Of a DNA stretch of 64,000 nt, positions 45,526 through 56,122 are shown piece after piece. A program made the position numbers and the translations under genes. Source of the stretch: an uncultured Acidimicrobiia bacterium (GTDB lineage: Bacteria > Acidobacteriota > Terriglobia > Versatilivoradales > Versatilivoraceae); contig CAWBAT010000006.1 in the NCBI GenBank assembly GCA_963786955.1, positions 608,001 through 672,000 of the forward strand, in the 5' to 3' direction. Below the pieces are notes generated by a model. That model did not search any database and was not told the origin of the DNA. It saw nothing but the letters and a program-made list of their open reading frames with translations. Position 1 is the first letter of the stretch; every line of letters starts with the position of its first letter.

Positions 45526-48441
45526 TTACTTCAGCTTCGTATATTCTTCCCTAGCCTGTTTGAGAATAGGTATTTCAGGGTCGGCTTCCTTCCATAGAGA
45601 AAAGAAATCCTGGTACGCCTTTTGACTTTTGGAATTGTTTCCTGTTGCGGCCAAAGAACGCGCCAAGCCTAGGTAGGATAAGGCATAAAGGGGGGAGGCG
45701 ATTTCGATTCCCTGATGATCGAGGATTCTTTGATATTCGGCAACCGCCTTGTCCCCGTCGTGAGCCAGTAAAAAGGCTTGGGCACGGAGATAAAGGGGGA
45801 GATAGCCAAAACCGGTCAGGTCTCCGAATTCGTAAGGGGTGGTCTGTTGTAAAAGAGAAACGGCTTTAGCGGGGTTATTGCGAAAAATCTCGATCGCGGC
45901 AGAGGCGGTGGGAATCCATAACCCGTTGACTAGCGTGTCAAGCGGGAAACGCCGCTTGTCCTCATCAATCAGTTTCTGGGACTCCGCCATGGCCCCGATC
46001 CGCGCATAACAGACTGAGAGGCGATTGAGTTCGTCTCTTCCCCGGCTGACACTTAAAGCCAGATCAGCCGCCTCGCGGGCCTCCTTGGGGTTCCCGAACT
46101 CTGCCTCGACCATTGAACGGAAGGCCGCAAGCCAGGTTATCCCTCCCACAGATTGCTCCCGCCGCGCCACCTCAATGGCCTGTTCAATTTGTTTCCTGGC
46201 CTCATGCAGCCTTCCCTGAGAAACAAGATTCATGATCGGAAAGTACGTATACGGTGGCTCCAATGGAAATGTTTTCAACTTTTCTGCGTATTGTTGTGCC
46301 GCGGCTGAATCCCCCTGTACTAGAGCGAGACGATAGAGTCCTCCGTAGACCCCAACCCAATCCAGTTTCTGAGCAAGCGCCTGCTCGAGCACCCTTTTTG
46401 AATCACTAAATCGATTCAGGGATACATATCCGCCGGCGGAATTGACGTAGGAGTAGACCCGCGTCGGATCTATTCGCAGTGCCTCAGTAGACTCCTCGAT
46501 GATCTTCTCATGTTGACCAGTGGCAGAATAGCCCACTGCCAGGTTGGCATGCGGTACAAAGTCCCGGGGATAAGTTTGTTTCCACAACTCGTAAGTCTTT
46601 ATGTTCTCATCCGTCTGACCCGTTACGTAGCCATAAAAGTGAGCCGTGATGTAAAACCGCTCGCGCTCGCTGACCTTGTCACGAAGCTCGTAAGCTTTTC
46701 GAACATATTTCTCAGCCAACTCGCTCTGGCCTAGGTTGCCAGAGACAACCCCAAGAGAAGCATAGCCAAGAGCAAAGTTGGGGTCCAGCTCAATGGCGCG
46801 TTTAAGAAATGAGGTGGCACTGGGCAGGTCTCCTCTGTTGATGGCGGCCCTCCCCAGACTGTAGGCTTTGAGGGCTTCGAGTGAGGGGGTTGTAGCTTCT
46901 TCAATGGAAGCATCAAATTTTTGAATGGAGCTCAGTGATTCTCCCAGCTTCCCGCGCAATCCTGAAGCGGCTTTACCGAGCGCTTGAATCACCTTCTCTT
47001 TGCTCTCGGCTTCCACTTGCTCACTGGCAACCGTGTCACCACTTCTGGCATTGACGGCCTCAAGTGAAATGACGTAATGACTTCCGAGGCTGGCGATCGA
47101 TCCCGTCAAGAAAACTTTTAGTCCTTCCCGCTGACATATCTCCCGGGCGAGCGCGGTCGTGATCTTTTCATCTGCGGATCGGCCCATGAATTGGAGGGTG
47201 CGACGGGCCCGTGTATCGGACATGATGTTCAAAAATGGAGACTGTTGCAGTTGGACTGACAATGCCTGCTTGAGCGTTCCATCAAAAACACCCTCTCCGG
47301 TCGAATTCACAAAATCAGCCAGCATCACGGTATCCCGCTCCGTCAAAGCAGGAGATTGCTTCTGGTAGAAGTAGATTCCCAGAGCGCCAAGAATCAAAAG
47401 AACGGAACCGACCGCACTGGCTAACTTCCAACGACTCGATTTCTGAACCTTAATTTCCGGAATTGGCGTGCTCCCGGAACTCTGCTTGCTGTAGGCGACT
47501 GGCGCAGTTCCTGTATCAGCCTGAGGCACTGTCCCTGAACTGACCGCAGAAACCTTCCCCGAATCCAAATCGCGCTTCAACCGTTTCAAGTCGGCGCGTA
47601 AATCAGAGGCGGTTTGGTAGCGGATTTCACGGTCTTTTTCGAGGGATTTGTTAATGACCCGTTCCAGCTCGATAGGAATTTCCGGGTTAAATCGTGCCGG
47701 AGGAATGGGTGGCCGGTTTAAGATCGCTTCGAATACCACGGCCGAAGTTTCGCCAGTGAAGGCAACCCGACCCGTAGCCATTTCGTAGAGGACGACTCCA
47801 AAAGAGAATAGATCGGTACGCGCATCCAAAGCCTTGCCACGCGCTTGCTCCGGGGACATATAGGCTACCGTTCCCAGCGCAGAGCCCGGGCTGGTCAAGG
47901 AATCCTCTCCCTGAGCTAAGGTAGGATGGTCATTCCCATGGGTCATGGTTCGACCCTCTGCCCCGGGGATTCCCTGTTTGGCTAATCCGAAATCCAGCAG
48001 CTTCGCTTGCCCCCGGCGGGTGACAAAAATGTTGGCCGGCTTAATGTCCCGGTGCACGATGCCTTTGGCATGGGCAATTTCTAGAGCATCCGCAATCTGG
48101 ATGGACAATTCCAGCAACAAGCCCATTTCCACTGGCTTCCCGTCGATTAAATGTTTCAGGGTTTCCCCTTCCATATACTCCATGGCAATGAAAGGGTGAC
48201 CTTCTGCCTCATCAATCTCATAAACCGTACAAATGTTTGGATGGTTCAAAGCCGAGGCAGCGCGAGCTTCGCGCTGGAAACGCTCTAAGGCTTGGCGATC
48301 CCGAGAAAGTTCTTCGGGTAGGAACTTCAAGGCGACGCTGCGTCCGAGCTTTGTGTCTTCGGCCTTGAAGACAACGCCCATTCCACCGCCGCCTATTTTC
48401 TCGATGATCCGGTAGTGTGAAACCGTTTTGCCAATGATCAC
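45526..48441 (-). CDS. Ser/Thr protein kinase with TM segment and TPR domain
   Basis: [32 protein letters not shown]; TM at about aa 340-360; TPRs. Confidence 0.95.
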   Translation of the reverse strand: MIIGKTVSHYRIIEKIGGGGMGVVFKAEDTKLGRSVALKFLPEELSRDRQALERFQREARAASALNHPNICTVYEIDEAEGHPFIAMEYMEGETLKHLIDGKPVEMGLLLELSIQIADALEIAHAKGIVHRDIKPANIFVTRRGQAKLLDFGLAKQGIPGAEGRTMTHGNDHPTLAQGEDSLTSPGSALGTVAYMSPEQARGKALDARTDLFSFGVVLYEMATGRVAFTGETSAVVFEAILNRPPIPPARFNPEIPIELERVINKSLEKDREIRYQTASDLRADLKRLKRDLDSGKVSAVSSGTVPQADTGTAPVAYSKQSSGSTPIPEIKVQKSSRWKLASAVGSVLLILGALGIYFYQKQSPALTERDTVMLADFVNSTGEGVFDGTLKQALSVQLQQSPFLNIMSDTRARRTLQFMGRSADEKITTALAREICQREGLKVFLTGSIASLGSHYVISLEAVNARSGDTVASEQVEAESKEKVIQALGKAASGLRGKLGESLSSIQKFDASIEEATTPSLEALKAYSLGRAAINRGDLPSATSFLKRAIELDPNFALGYASLGVVSGNLGQSELAEKYVRKAYELRDKVSERERFYITAHFYGYVTGQTDENIKTYELWKQTYPRDFVPHANLAVGYSATGQHEKIIEESTEALRIDPTRVYSYVNSAGGYVSLNRFSDSKRVLEQALAQKLDWVGVYGGLYRLALVQGDSAAAQQYAEKLKTFPLEPPYTYFPIMNLVSQGRLHEARKQIEQAIEVARREQSVGGITWLAAFRSMVEAEFGNPKEAREAADLALSVSRGRDELNRLSVCYARIGAMAESQKLIDEDKRRFPLDTLVNGLWIPTASAAIEIFRNNPAKAVSLLQQTTPYEFGDLTGFGYLPLYLRAQAFLLAHDGDKAVAEYQRILDHQGIEIASPLYALSYLGLARSLAATGNNSKSQKAYQDFFSLWKEADPEIPILKQAREEYTKLK

Positions 48442-48550
48442 GTTAAATCCTCGCAGGACTCTCCGGCGCCACTTGATGGTGAAATGTACAATCCTGTTTC
48501 TCGATGAAACCTCAGCACAAAGCCCACGAAATACTATGCGGAGCCAACCG

Positions 48551-49573
48551 TCAAGTCAATATGAGAGATGAGACTCGACTCGTCTGAGAACGAATCAAAT
48601 TGAAGAACTGCATCGCTTGATCCTCTGCCCAAAAACGGGGGTTGCCCCGAGCAATAAAAGCGACATGTCCGCCAAAAGCTGTCCGCAACAATTTCAGATG
48701 CTCATTTCTCTTGAAGGCTGGATGATCAAAAACTGTCGATGGGATGAAAGGGTCGTCCTGAGACTGAATGACGAGCGTGGGAACCCGAATCTTCGCCAAA
48801 AAACCATTGGCGCTAGCATGAGCATAGTAATCAAAAGCATCTTTGTATCCAAAGGCTGGCGCCGTATAGGCATTGTCAAAATCGATCAGAGTGCGGATGG
48901 CTGCAAAGTGGCTCAGGCTATAGCTTACAGGCATACTTTCTTTCTTCCGAGTCAACGTCTCCTTGAGATGAGCCAGAAATCGTTTTTCGTAAATCCGGTT
49001 CCCGGGTTCTGCAATCTTAAGGGCACAGGCCCCAAGGTCAATGGGTGGAGAGACGGCACAGATTGCCCTGACATGAGCGGGTAACTCGTCTCCCCATTCG
49101 CCGGCCAGTTTCAAAGCCATGTTTCCTCCCATCGAAAACCCCACGATGTAGAGAGCTTTCGTGACCAACTGGTTCGCCACCGACTCGAGATCCTTTGTCA
49201 GGCCGGAATGATAGAGTGTTGAGGAGAGATGCTCCGTCCCCCCGCAATTCCGGATGTTGAGCCGAACGACGTTGTAGCCCGCTTCCAGGGCCTTCTCCCC
49301 CATCCTCAAAACATAAGGCGAATTGCTGTCTCCTTCCAGCCCGTGAACGATGAGAACCGTCTCCCTAGCCTCAAGGCGCGAGTGGAAGTGACAATGCGTG
49401 AGGACCTTGACACCTGGCTCCGTCTCAAAAATACGGCACTCAACGGGGTATTTTCTTAAATTAATCCTGGCAGGCCAGAAGCGGGCCGCAATGGTTTGAA
49501 CATGACCATTGCGAAATAAGGGAATGAAGTCAGGGTTGATGTTTTGAGCAGAATCGGAAATCGTTGCGATCAT
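48551..49573 (-). CDS. YheT-like alpha/beta hydrolase
   Basis: NGHVQT, HGLEG, GFSMGG, DDPFIP, GGHVAF. Confidence 0.9.
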   Translation of the reverse strand: MIATISDSAQNINPDFIPLFRNGHVQTIAARFWPARINLRKYPVECRIFETEPGVKVLTHCHFHSRLEARETVLIVHGLEGDSNSPYVLRMGEKALEAGYNVVRLNIRNCGGTEHLSSTLYHSGLTKDLESVANQLVTKALYIVGFSMGGNMALKLAGEWGDELPAHVRAICAVSPPIDLGACALKIAEPGNRIYEKRFLAHLKETLTRKKESMPVSYSLSHFAAIRTLIDFDNAYTAPAFGYKDAFDYYAHASANGFLAKIRVPTLVIQSQDDPFIPSTVFDHPAFKRNEHLKLLRTAFGGHVAFIARGNPRFWAEDQAMQFFNLIRSQTSRVSSLILT

Positions 49574-49670
49574 AAGGCTAACGGTCTCACTGAGGGCGCA
49601 GAGATGCTCATAAATACAGCTCAATTTCCTGGTGCGGCGAGTAAACCGGTAAACAGATACGCGGGGAAGA

Positions 49671-49722
49671 TGGACGAACCTTCACAAATTTGAAAACTCA
49701 AGATGCCGTGAAGGTTCGTCCA
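49671..49722. terminator. Perfect 15 bp inverted repeat downstream of the ferredoxin gene
   Basis: tggacgaaccttcac...gtgaaggttcgtcca. Confidence 0.55.
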
Positions 49723-49755
49723 CGATTTGAAGGGAGAATCAAAGGGTAAGGTTAC

Positions 49756-50016
49756 TTATTTCTTGTACCAATCCGCATTGACCTGGGTGAATTTGGACCA
49801 CTTCTCCGGCAGATCTTCAAGGGCAAAGATAGCGGAAACCGGGCAAGCCGGCACACAGGCTCCACAATCAATGCACTCATCGGGTTCGATATATAATTGC
49901 TCCCACTTCTCGAAATCGGCTTCGTCCTTCTTCGGATGAATGCAATCGACCGGGCACACATCGACACACGCGGTGTCTTTCGTGCCAATGCAGGGTTCGG
50001 CAATCACGTACACCAT
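49756..50016 (-). CDS. 7Fe ([3Fe-4S]/[4Fe-4S]) ferredoxin, FdxA type
   Basis: CIGTKDTACVDVCPVDC and CIDCGACVPACP. Confidence 0.92.
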   Translation of the reverse strand: MVYVIAEPCIGTKDTACVDVCPVDCIHPKKDEADFEKWEQLYIEPDECIDCGACVPACPVSAIFALEDLPEKWSKFTQVNADWYKK

Positions 50017-50389
50017 ACAGGAATCCTCCTTGACAGGAACTGGAATGAATCACTGCAACCTAATGAAGAAACCTTCGACTCCTGCCCTCTTTAACTTCAT
50101 TTAAATTCGATTTTAACAGCACGAGGTCAGAAGTAAAGCTTTTGCAACGCGTTTGGAAACCATGAATACTTTTCAGAAACGCCCCCACAGATCTCTCATG
50201 ATTAAGTGAGGGATACTAGCATGACTTTTTGATGCAATCAATAACAGCACAAGAGTGAGTAGCAAGAATCCAGCAGGAACAATTTGCCAAACCTCGCATT
50301 CTCGTAGTTCAGATCCTGATTAATAAAGGTTTCACACAACTGCATGCTTGCTCATTCGAACGACACTCGTCACTGCATGCCATTTCGTA

Positions 50390-50779
50390 CTACGCACTCT
50401 TCCTCGGGTACCTTGCTTCGATAATGCTTTTCATCCCCCCTCGAACGTTGAACTCTCCGCGAACAACCGCCCAAACCGGCTGACAAGCAGAAACAATATC
50501 GTCCAGGATCCGGTTCATCGCATTTTCATAGAAGATACCCAAGTTCCGATACCCCAAAATGTAGTACTTCAAGGCTTTCAGCTCGAGGCAAACTTCGGCA
50601 GGTAGGTATTGGATGGTGACCGTCCCAAAATCTGGCAAACGTGTTTTGGGGCAAATGGAGGTAAATTCTGGAATTTGAATTGTAATGTCATATCCACGAA
50701 ACTGATTCGGCCAGACCTCAATAGCTGGCAACTCAGCTTCTAATCCGGATTTTGCATGATCATCCGTATAACCATTCAT
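50390..50779 (-). CDS. queF: NADPH-dependent 7-cyano-7-deazaguanine reductase
   Basis: PEFTSICPKTRLPDF, ELKALK.Y, GIFYE, RGG. Confidence 0.95.
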   Translation of the reverse strand: MNGYTDDHAKSGLEAELPAIEVWPNQFRGYDITIQIPEFTSICPKTRLPDFGTVTIQYLPAEVCLELKALKYYILGYRNLGIFYENAMNRILDDIVSACQPVWAVVRGEFNVRGGMKSIIEARYPRKSA

Positions 50780-51033
50780 CGAAGGAAGACCTCACCGAGA
50801 AATCAAGAAATATCACTCCGCCCGCTTAATTTAAAACTCCAACCTCCCAGGTATTGTAGTCAATTGGCTACGACCTTGTAACTAATTAAGATTGTTTTCC
50901 AGCAGCGCCTTTGGCTATAGTGAATAGCCTGTTGTGAGACCCGTGAACACGGGAGCAGTGCCGCCCTGAAAGGGATGTCGACTCTGCACTTCGACGCTCC
51001 AGTAGAAGTATCTTAAAAGGAGAATGACGCTTT

Positions 51034-51789
51034 ATGATTGACACTCGCCCTAAGGCTCTGGTCACAGGCGCTAGCAGTGGGATTGGGGCTGCCACGGCCA
51101 TTGAACTGGCAAAACGGGGTTTTGCTGTGATTGTCCATTATTTCAATAACGTAAAGGGCGGACTGGAAACTGTCGAGGCAATTCAGCGTGGCGGTGGAGT
51201 GGCCCATGGAATCAAAGCTGACGTGCGTCATCTTGCGGAAGTGGAAAAACTCGTCAATGAGGCCGTGGCCGCTCATGGAGGGATTGACGTCTTGGTTAAT
51301 AACGCAGGTTCGATGGTTGGCCGTGTTCACTTTCTGGAAATGACAGAAGAGTATTGGAACGAAGTGTTCCGTCTCAACGTCAATAGCGTTTTCTATTGTA
51401 GTCAGTTGGTTGCCAAGGAGATGGCCAAGCAGAAGAGAGGGATCATTATTAATGTCTCTTCCATTGCCGCACGTCAAGGCGGCGGGAATGGAGCCATTGC
51501 TTATGCAGCCTCGAAAGGGGCCGTTCAAACCCTGACTAAAGGGATGGCAAGGGAGCTTGCCCCGTACGGAATTCGCGTCAATGGGGTGAATCCCGGCGTG
51601 ATTCGTACTCCTTTCCACGCCCGATTCAGCACTGACGATCAGATGCAGCGGATGGTTGAAACAATTGTCTTAAAGTACGCGGGATCTCCAGAAGAGGTCG
51701 CCACTGTGATTGCCTTCCTGGCCTCGCCCGATGCTCGTTATTTGACAGGAGAAACCATCGAAGTCAATGGTGGCCAGTGGATGGATTGA
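51034..51789 (+). CDS. SDR oxidoreductase
   Basis: TGASSGIG, NNAG, YAASK, PGVIRTPFH. Confidence 0.92.
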   Translation: MIDTRPKALVTGASSGIGAATAIELAKRGFAVIVHYFNNVKGGLETVEAIQRGGGVAHGIKADVRHLAEVEKLVNEAVAAHGGIDVLVNNAGSMVGRVHFLEMTEEYWNEVFRLNVNSVFYCSQLVAKEMAKQKRGIIINVSSIAARQGGGNGAIAYAASKGAVQTLTKGMARELAPYGIRVNGVNPGVIRTPFHARFSTDDQMQRMVETIVLKYAGSPEEVATVIAFLASPDARYLTGETIEVNGGQWMD

Positions 51790-51943
51790 ACCAAATGCCG
51801 ATTTCCAATTGCCGACTGCCGATTGAATTCAATAGGGACATGTTCGATTGCTGCAAATCGAAACAACATGGCGCATTGGCAGCTGAATGAAACAAGTTGT
51901 GGTTTAAATGGCGAGCTGATTCATGAGGAAACTGAAGACCAAT

Positions 51944-52939
51944 ATGACAAATAAAATATCGGACCCGCATTCGGCATTTCCTACAGTGATTTCCCTGGGT
52001 GAGTTTCTGGTGGATCTGGTGCCCGCTCCAGCCGGTTCACCCCTAGCCCAAGCCGACTCCTTAAAGATGGCCCCGGGAGGGGCTCCGGCCAATGTGGCCG
52101 TGGCCCTCAAACGGTTGGGCATTCACACGGGTTTCGTCGGGAAAGTCGGGAATGACCCTTTCGGCCGCTACCTTTACAGTATCTTGGAAAAAGAGAAACT
52201 GGACTTAACCTTCCTCAGCTTAAGCCGGGAATCTCTGACCCGACTGGCCTTTGTCACTAACGACCCGGATGAAAAGCAGCGTTTCCTCTTTTATGGGAAT
52301 CCCGGAGCGGATGTCCTGTTGACTCCCGCTGAAATTAATAAGAAATACTTTCGAAAAGCAAAGATCTTTCACTTCGGGTCTATCTCGTTAATTCAAGAGC
52401 CAGCCCGAAAAGCCACCTTAAAGGCCCTCAATCTCGCCAAAAAACTCGGGCTGGCCATTTCATTTGACCCCAATCTCCGTCCATCGCTCTGGCCCTCGCT
52501 GAAGCAAGCCAGAAAGGTCATCCTGGAAAACCTTCATTGGTGTGACATCCTCAAAATCAATGAAATGGAATGGGAGTTTTTGTTTCCGGGCAAGAAATTC
52601 GAAGTCCTTGCAAAAATTCTCAAGAAGTATGATATCCGGCTCGGAGCCATCACGCTGGGATCTGAAGGGGCCTATGTTGGAACCATCAGAAATTGTGCCC
52701 ATGTAAACGGGATTCAGGTGGATTTTGTCGATTCGACTGGCGCCGGAGATGGGTTCGTGGCTGGGTTGATCTATAACTGGCTGAACGCCGGAGAACCTCG
52801 CGAGTGGGACAACGCTCGGCTTGCCGCCATCGCAGAGTTCTGCAATCGAATCGGGGCGGTCACCTGCACAAAAGCCGGCGCCATCCCTGCATTTCCGACT
52901 TTGGAAGAGTTAAGTCTGGTTACGAAGCGACCACAATAA
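51944..52939 (+). CDS. PfkB family carbohydrate kinase (fructokinase-like)
   Basis: GGAPANVA, GKVGNDPFG, FDPNLR, DSTGAGDGF. Confidence 0.93.
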   Translation: MTNKISDPHSAFPTVISLGEFLVDLVPAPAGSPLAQADSLKMAPGGAPANVAVALKRLGIHTGFVGKVGNDPFGRYLYSILEKEKLDLTFLSLSRESLTRLAFVTNDPDEKQRFLFYGNPGADVLLTPAEINKKYFRKAKIFHFGSISLIQEPARKATLKALNLAKKLGLAISFDPNLRPSLWPSLKQARKVILENLHWCDILKINEMEWEFLFPGKKFEVLAKILKKYDIRLGAITLGSEGAYVGTIRNCAHVNGIQVDFVDSTGAGDGFVAGLIYNWLNAGEPREWDNARLAAIAEFCNRIGAVTCTKAGAIPAFPTLEELSLVTKRPQ

Positions 52940-52959
52940 CAAGCAGGGTTCTGGACCCT

Positions 52960-53112
52960 TAGTAGTGCAGTTCATAAATACGGGGACGCATCTTAGGGTG
53001 GACGCCGCGTGAGGTTGGAGCTTTCAGAAAGCCCCAAGCCTACATACAAAGGTGTAGGCCGGGGCACCGACCCGGCGTTAGCGTTATGGAATTTCTGAAA
53101 CGCATTACTTAG
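52960..53112. mobile_element. MITE-like element, family B (about 150 bp copy without insert)
   Basis: tagtagtgcagttcataaatac...ggaatttctgaaacgcattacttag; central gcctaca..tgtaggc palindrome. Confidence 0.75.
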
Positions 53113-53182
53113 CTGGACATACATCACATTCTTTCGAATTTTTGCTTGGCCGTTCTTAATATCCATAAAATAAAGAAGCTCG

Positions 53183-53836
53183 ATGCAGCCGAGTCATACG
53201 AAAATTATTCTGATCACCCTGGCGATGGTCGTAGCCACGGCTTGCGCTTATTTCTTGGTCGTCGTCATTCCTAAAAGGGCCCTCAGTGAGCAATATGAAT
53301 TAGCCAAAAGTATCGGACGCGATATCGATCGGGCCATGCAGTTTACACCGCAGATTTCCGTAAGAAGCGAAATCGTTCTCAATAAACAATCTAATATTCT
53401 TGAATTGGCAACCAAAAGTCAGACTTTCCATCACGAATTCGAGTGGAGCCATACGTGGCTGGGAAGTGAGAAGCTTGTCCGGATCAAAGGAAACTTCGTT
53501 GCCAAGGCGGGTTATGATCTCAATCAGCTCATGTCCATTAACATCGAACCTCATCTGGTTACTGTAACTGTTCCTGAGCCCAAGATTCTGTCCGTCGAGG
53601 CCGTGGATTATAAGATTGAAGGTGAAGGTGGTTGGTGGAATAGCATTTCCGACGCCGATCGGTCCGCAGCCCTCAAAGAGTTCACGTCAAGCGCCCGAAA
53701 AGCAATGGAAGGGTCTGAGCTGATTGCTTCTGCCCGTAACAACTTTGAAGACTCATTGAACAAGATCTTCTCAAGCCGACTCGGGAACATTCAGGTGATT
53801 TATAAGCCTGAGATTAGACGGAAAGAGCAACACTGA
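53183..53836 (+). CDS. DUF4230 domain protein
   Basis: N-terminal TM, ELAT, AKAGYDL, PEPKILS, GWWN. Confidence 0.75.
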   Translation: MQPSHTKIILITLAMVVATACAYFLVVVIPKRALSEQYELAKSIGRDIDRAMQFTPQISVRSEIVLNKQSNILELATKSQTFHHEFEWSHTWLGSEKLVRIKGNFVAKAGYDLNQLMSINIEPHLVTVTVPEPKILSVEAVDYKIEGEGGWWNSISDADRSAALKEFTSSARKAMEGSELIASARNNFEDSLNKIFSSRLGNIQVIYKPEIRRKEQH

Positions 53837-53856
53837 GTGTTCCATTGAAGAAGCCC

Positions 53857-54108
53857 ACGAACGCAAGCTCGAGCGGAGAACGGTGGACCGAGCGTTCCAC
53901 CAAAGGCGCTCCGGCGTCGTGGAACTCCGCCCTCCAGGTATGATGTCGCATTGGAGGGTCGAGTTCCTGCGAGACCGTGCCCATACGTTAAGTCATAAAC
54001 ACACTAACGCAACATTGAGCTGCCAGCTGAGAGGGATGGATCGCGTGCAGGGGGACGGTGGGTCCAATAGCGCGTTCCACCTTGAACACCTTCAATAGCT
54101 GCCGCTTA
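53857..54108 (+). repeat. Two degenerate attC-like palindromes
   Basis: gaac..gctcgagc...hairpin ggaactccgccctcca/tggagggtcgagttcc...GTTAAGT; second begins ACTAAC..gagctgc. Confidence 0.4.
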
Positions 54109-55155
54109 ATTTGTTGGCTTGAGAATTGCCTTGACGTACTCACCGGAAAGCATGTTCTCAAAGCAATCTTTCCACTCTCTCACCCCAGCGACACGGCTGA
54201 TGATGAGATCCAGATTAATCTGGCCAGTTGAGATCATGTCGATCACACGCTCCCAGATGGGCCAGTTGTGTGAAAAACTTCCCTGCACTGTCACAGCCTT
54301 CTGGACCATAGGATCCAGGCTGAATCCCATGGGCTGGGGTCCCCAGCCAACTTTACAAATTTGTCCAGCTGGCCGAACGGCTTGCATTGCCATTTGAAAG
54401 GTTGGCGAGACTCCGGCGGCGTCGATCACGACATCGACCCCAAATCCGTCACCCAGATTCTTGATATATTCCAGCACCTTTCCATCGAGAGCCGCATCGG
54501 CACCCAATTTCTTTCCAACGCCTAGGCGCTTGGCATCAACGGGCAGCCCTGCCACAATCAAGTGTCCCGCACCGGAGAGTTTGGCCATTAAGGCACAGAG
54601 TAGTCCGATGGGACCTGGCCCGATGACCAGCACGTGATCTCCGGGTTTGATGTGAGCGTTGTTGCAAACGGCATTGTAAGCAACACAGCAAGGCTCGGTG
54701 AGAGCCGCTTTTTCAAAAGATAATCCCGCAGGGAGTCGGTGTAAGCATCTTTCCGGAACCTTGACGTAGTCCGTCATGGCGCCATTGACTCCATAACCGA
54801 AACCGAGTCGTGTCGGATCAAGGTTATAAAGGCCTCTTCGCGTAAAGGGGGAATATTCATCAATGACGGCCGCCGTTTCACTCACGACCCGGTCACCTTC
54901 TTTAAAATTTCGCACTCGGCTACCAATCTGAGCGATCGTGCCGCAAAATTCGTGCCCTAAGACAATAGGATAGTTGACCTTCCAGCTATGCGTCCCATGC
55001 CACTGATGCAGATCGCTCCCACAGACGCTGGCTGCACCGACCTTCAAGAGAACGTCCTGCTCTCCAATCTCGGGAACAGAGACTTCCCTGAGTTCCACAC
55101 TTCCAGACGCAGCAGCATAATTGACTACCGCGGGCATTGTTTTAGACATCCTCAT
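54106..55155 (-). CDS. Zinc-dependent medium-chain (sugar/polyol) dehydrogenase
   Basis: CGSDLH, GHEF, GDRV, GPGPIG; the structural-Zn cysteine cluster is absent. Confidence 0.9.
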   Translation of the reverse strand: MRMSKTMPAVVNYAAASGSVELREVSVPEIGEQDVLLKVGAASVCGSDLHQWHGTHSWKVNYPIVLGHEFCGTIAQIGSRVRNFKEGDRVVSETAAVIDEYSPFTRRGLYNLDPTRLGFGYGVNGAMTDYVKVPERCLHRLPAGLSFEKAALTEPCCVAYNAVCNNAHIKPGDHVLVIGPGPIGLLCALMAKLSGAGHLIVAGLPVDAKRLGVGKKLGADAALDGKVLEYIKNLGDGFGVDVVIDAAGVSPTFQMAMQAVRPAGQICKVGWGPQPMGFSLDPMVQKAVTVQGSFSHNWPIWERVIDMISTGQINLDLIISRVAGVREWKDCFENMLSGEYVKAILKPTN

Positions 55156-55862
55156 TTCTCCTTTCCAACTGGCACATCGCCGAAACTATGGACGGAATCG
55201 CAAATCTTTCGAAGCGCTGCTTCAACATCTCCCGACGCCACCCGAAAGGCTTTGGCATCGATCGCCAGAGGAGCACCGAGCACAACCAACGGGGCGCCAT
55301 ACTTGGGGGTCTCAATGGCCTGTTCTACGCTAAGACCTCCTACAGCCTGTACTGGCACCTGAACCGCTTTGACAATCTCGCGCAACTGATCCAAGGGACT
55401 CGGGAATGGCTTACCTTGCTCCTTCAAAAGGGTTCTTTGGTCATAAGCAATATGGTGGATCACAAAATCGCATCCCAGGTCTTCCAGAATTTTGGCTCCA
55501 GCAACCATATCTGGCATCCCCAGGTTGTCTCCCATGACTTTTACGCCGTAATCCTTGGCGGCGCGCACGACCAACTGAACGGTTTCTCGATGCGCCTGGC
55601 CCATCACGACGACAAAATTGGCTCCGGCCTTGGCCATGAGTTCAGCTTCCAAATAACCGCCATCCATTGTTTTCAAGTCGGCCACAATAGGTGTTTTCGG
55701 GAACTCTGCCCTCAGAGCTCGAACCCCATTCATTCCTTCGGCAATGATCAACGGCGTCCCGGCTTCCAACCAGTCCACTCCAGCCCGCATCGCCATTCGG
55801 GCTGTTTCGAGGGCTTCCGGAATCGTTATCAGGTCCAATGATATCTGTACGACGGGTTTCAT
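55152..55862 (-). CDS. 3-hexulose-6-phosphate synthase / KGPDC (HUMPS) family protein
   Basis: QISLD, EAGTPLI, ADLKTMDGG, QAVGG. Confidence 0.88.
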   Translation of the reverse strand: MKPVVQISLDLITIPEALETARMAMRAGVDWLEAGTPLIIAEGMNGVRALRAEFPKTPIVADLKTMDGGYLEAELMAKAGANFVVVMGQAHRETVQLVVRAAKDYGVKVMGDNLGMPDMVAGAKILEDLGCDFVIHHIAYDQRTLLKEQGKPFPSPLDQLREIVKAVQVPVQAVGGLSVEQAIETPKYGAPLVVLGAPLAIDAKAFRVASGDVEAALRKICDSVHSFGDVPVGKEK

Positions 55863-56122
55863 ATCAATCCATCCTTTAACAATGATCTGCGGTGTCACCG
55901 CAACCATTTTGAAGAGTAGCAGATCAAAATGACAAGACCAACCAGAAATTTTTCAGACGGGGCAAGCGTACCCGGGAGATTAATAGGGATATTCCGGCCT
56001 GTCTTAGGCAGAAGCAGAAAGATCGCCTCAAACGACGATATAATCTCTCTTCGAGGAGGAGGCAGTGCGGGAATTTGCGCAAGTCGCTGTTTCCGCTTTA
56101 CAGAGTCGTGCATTCAGTAGTA

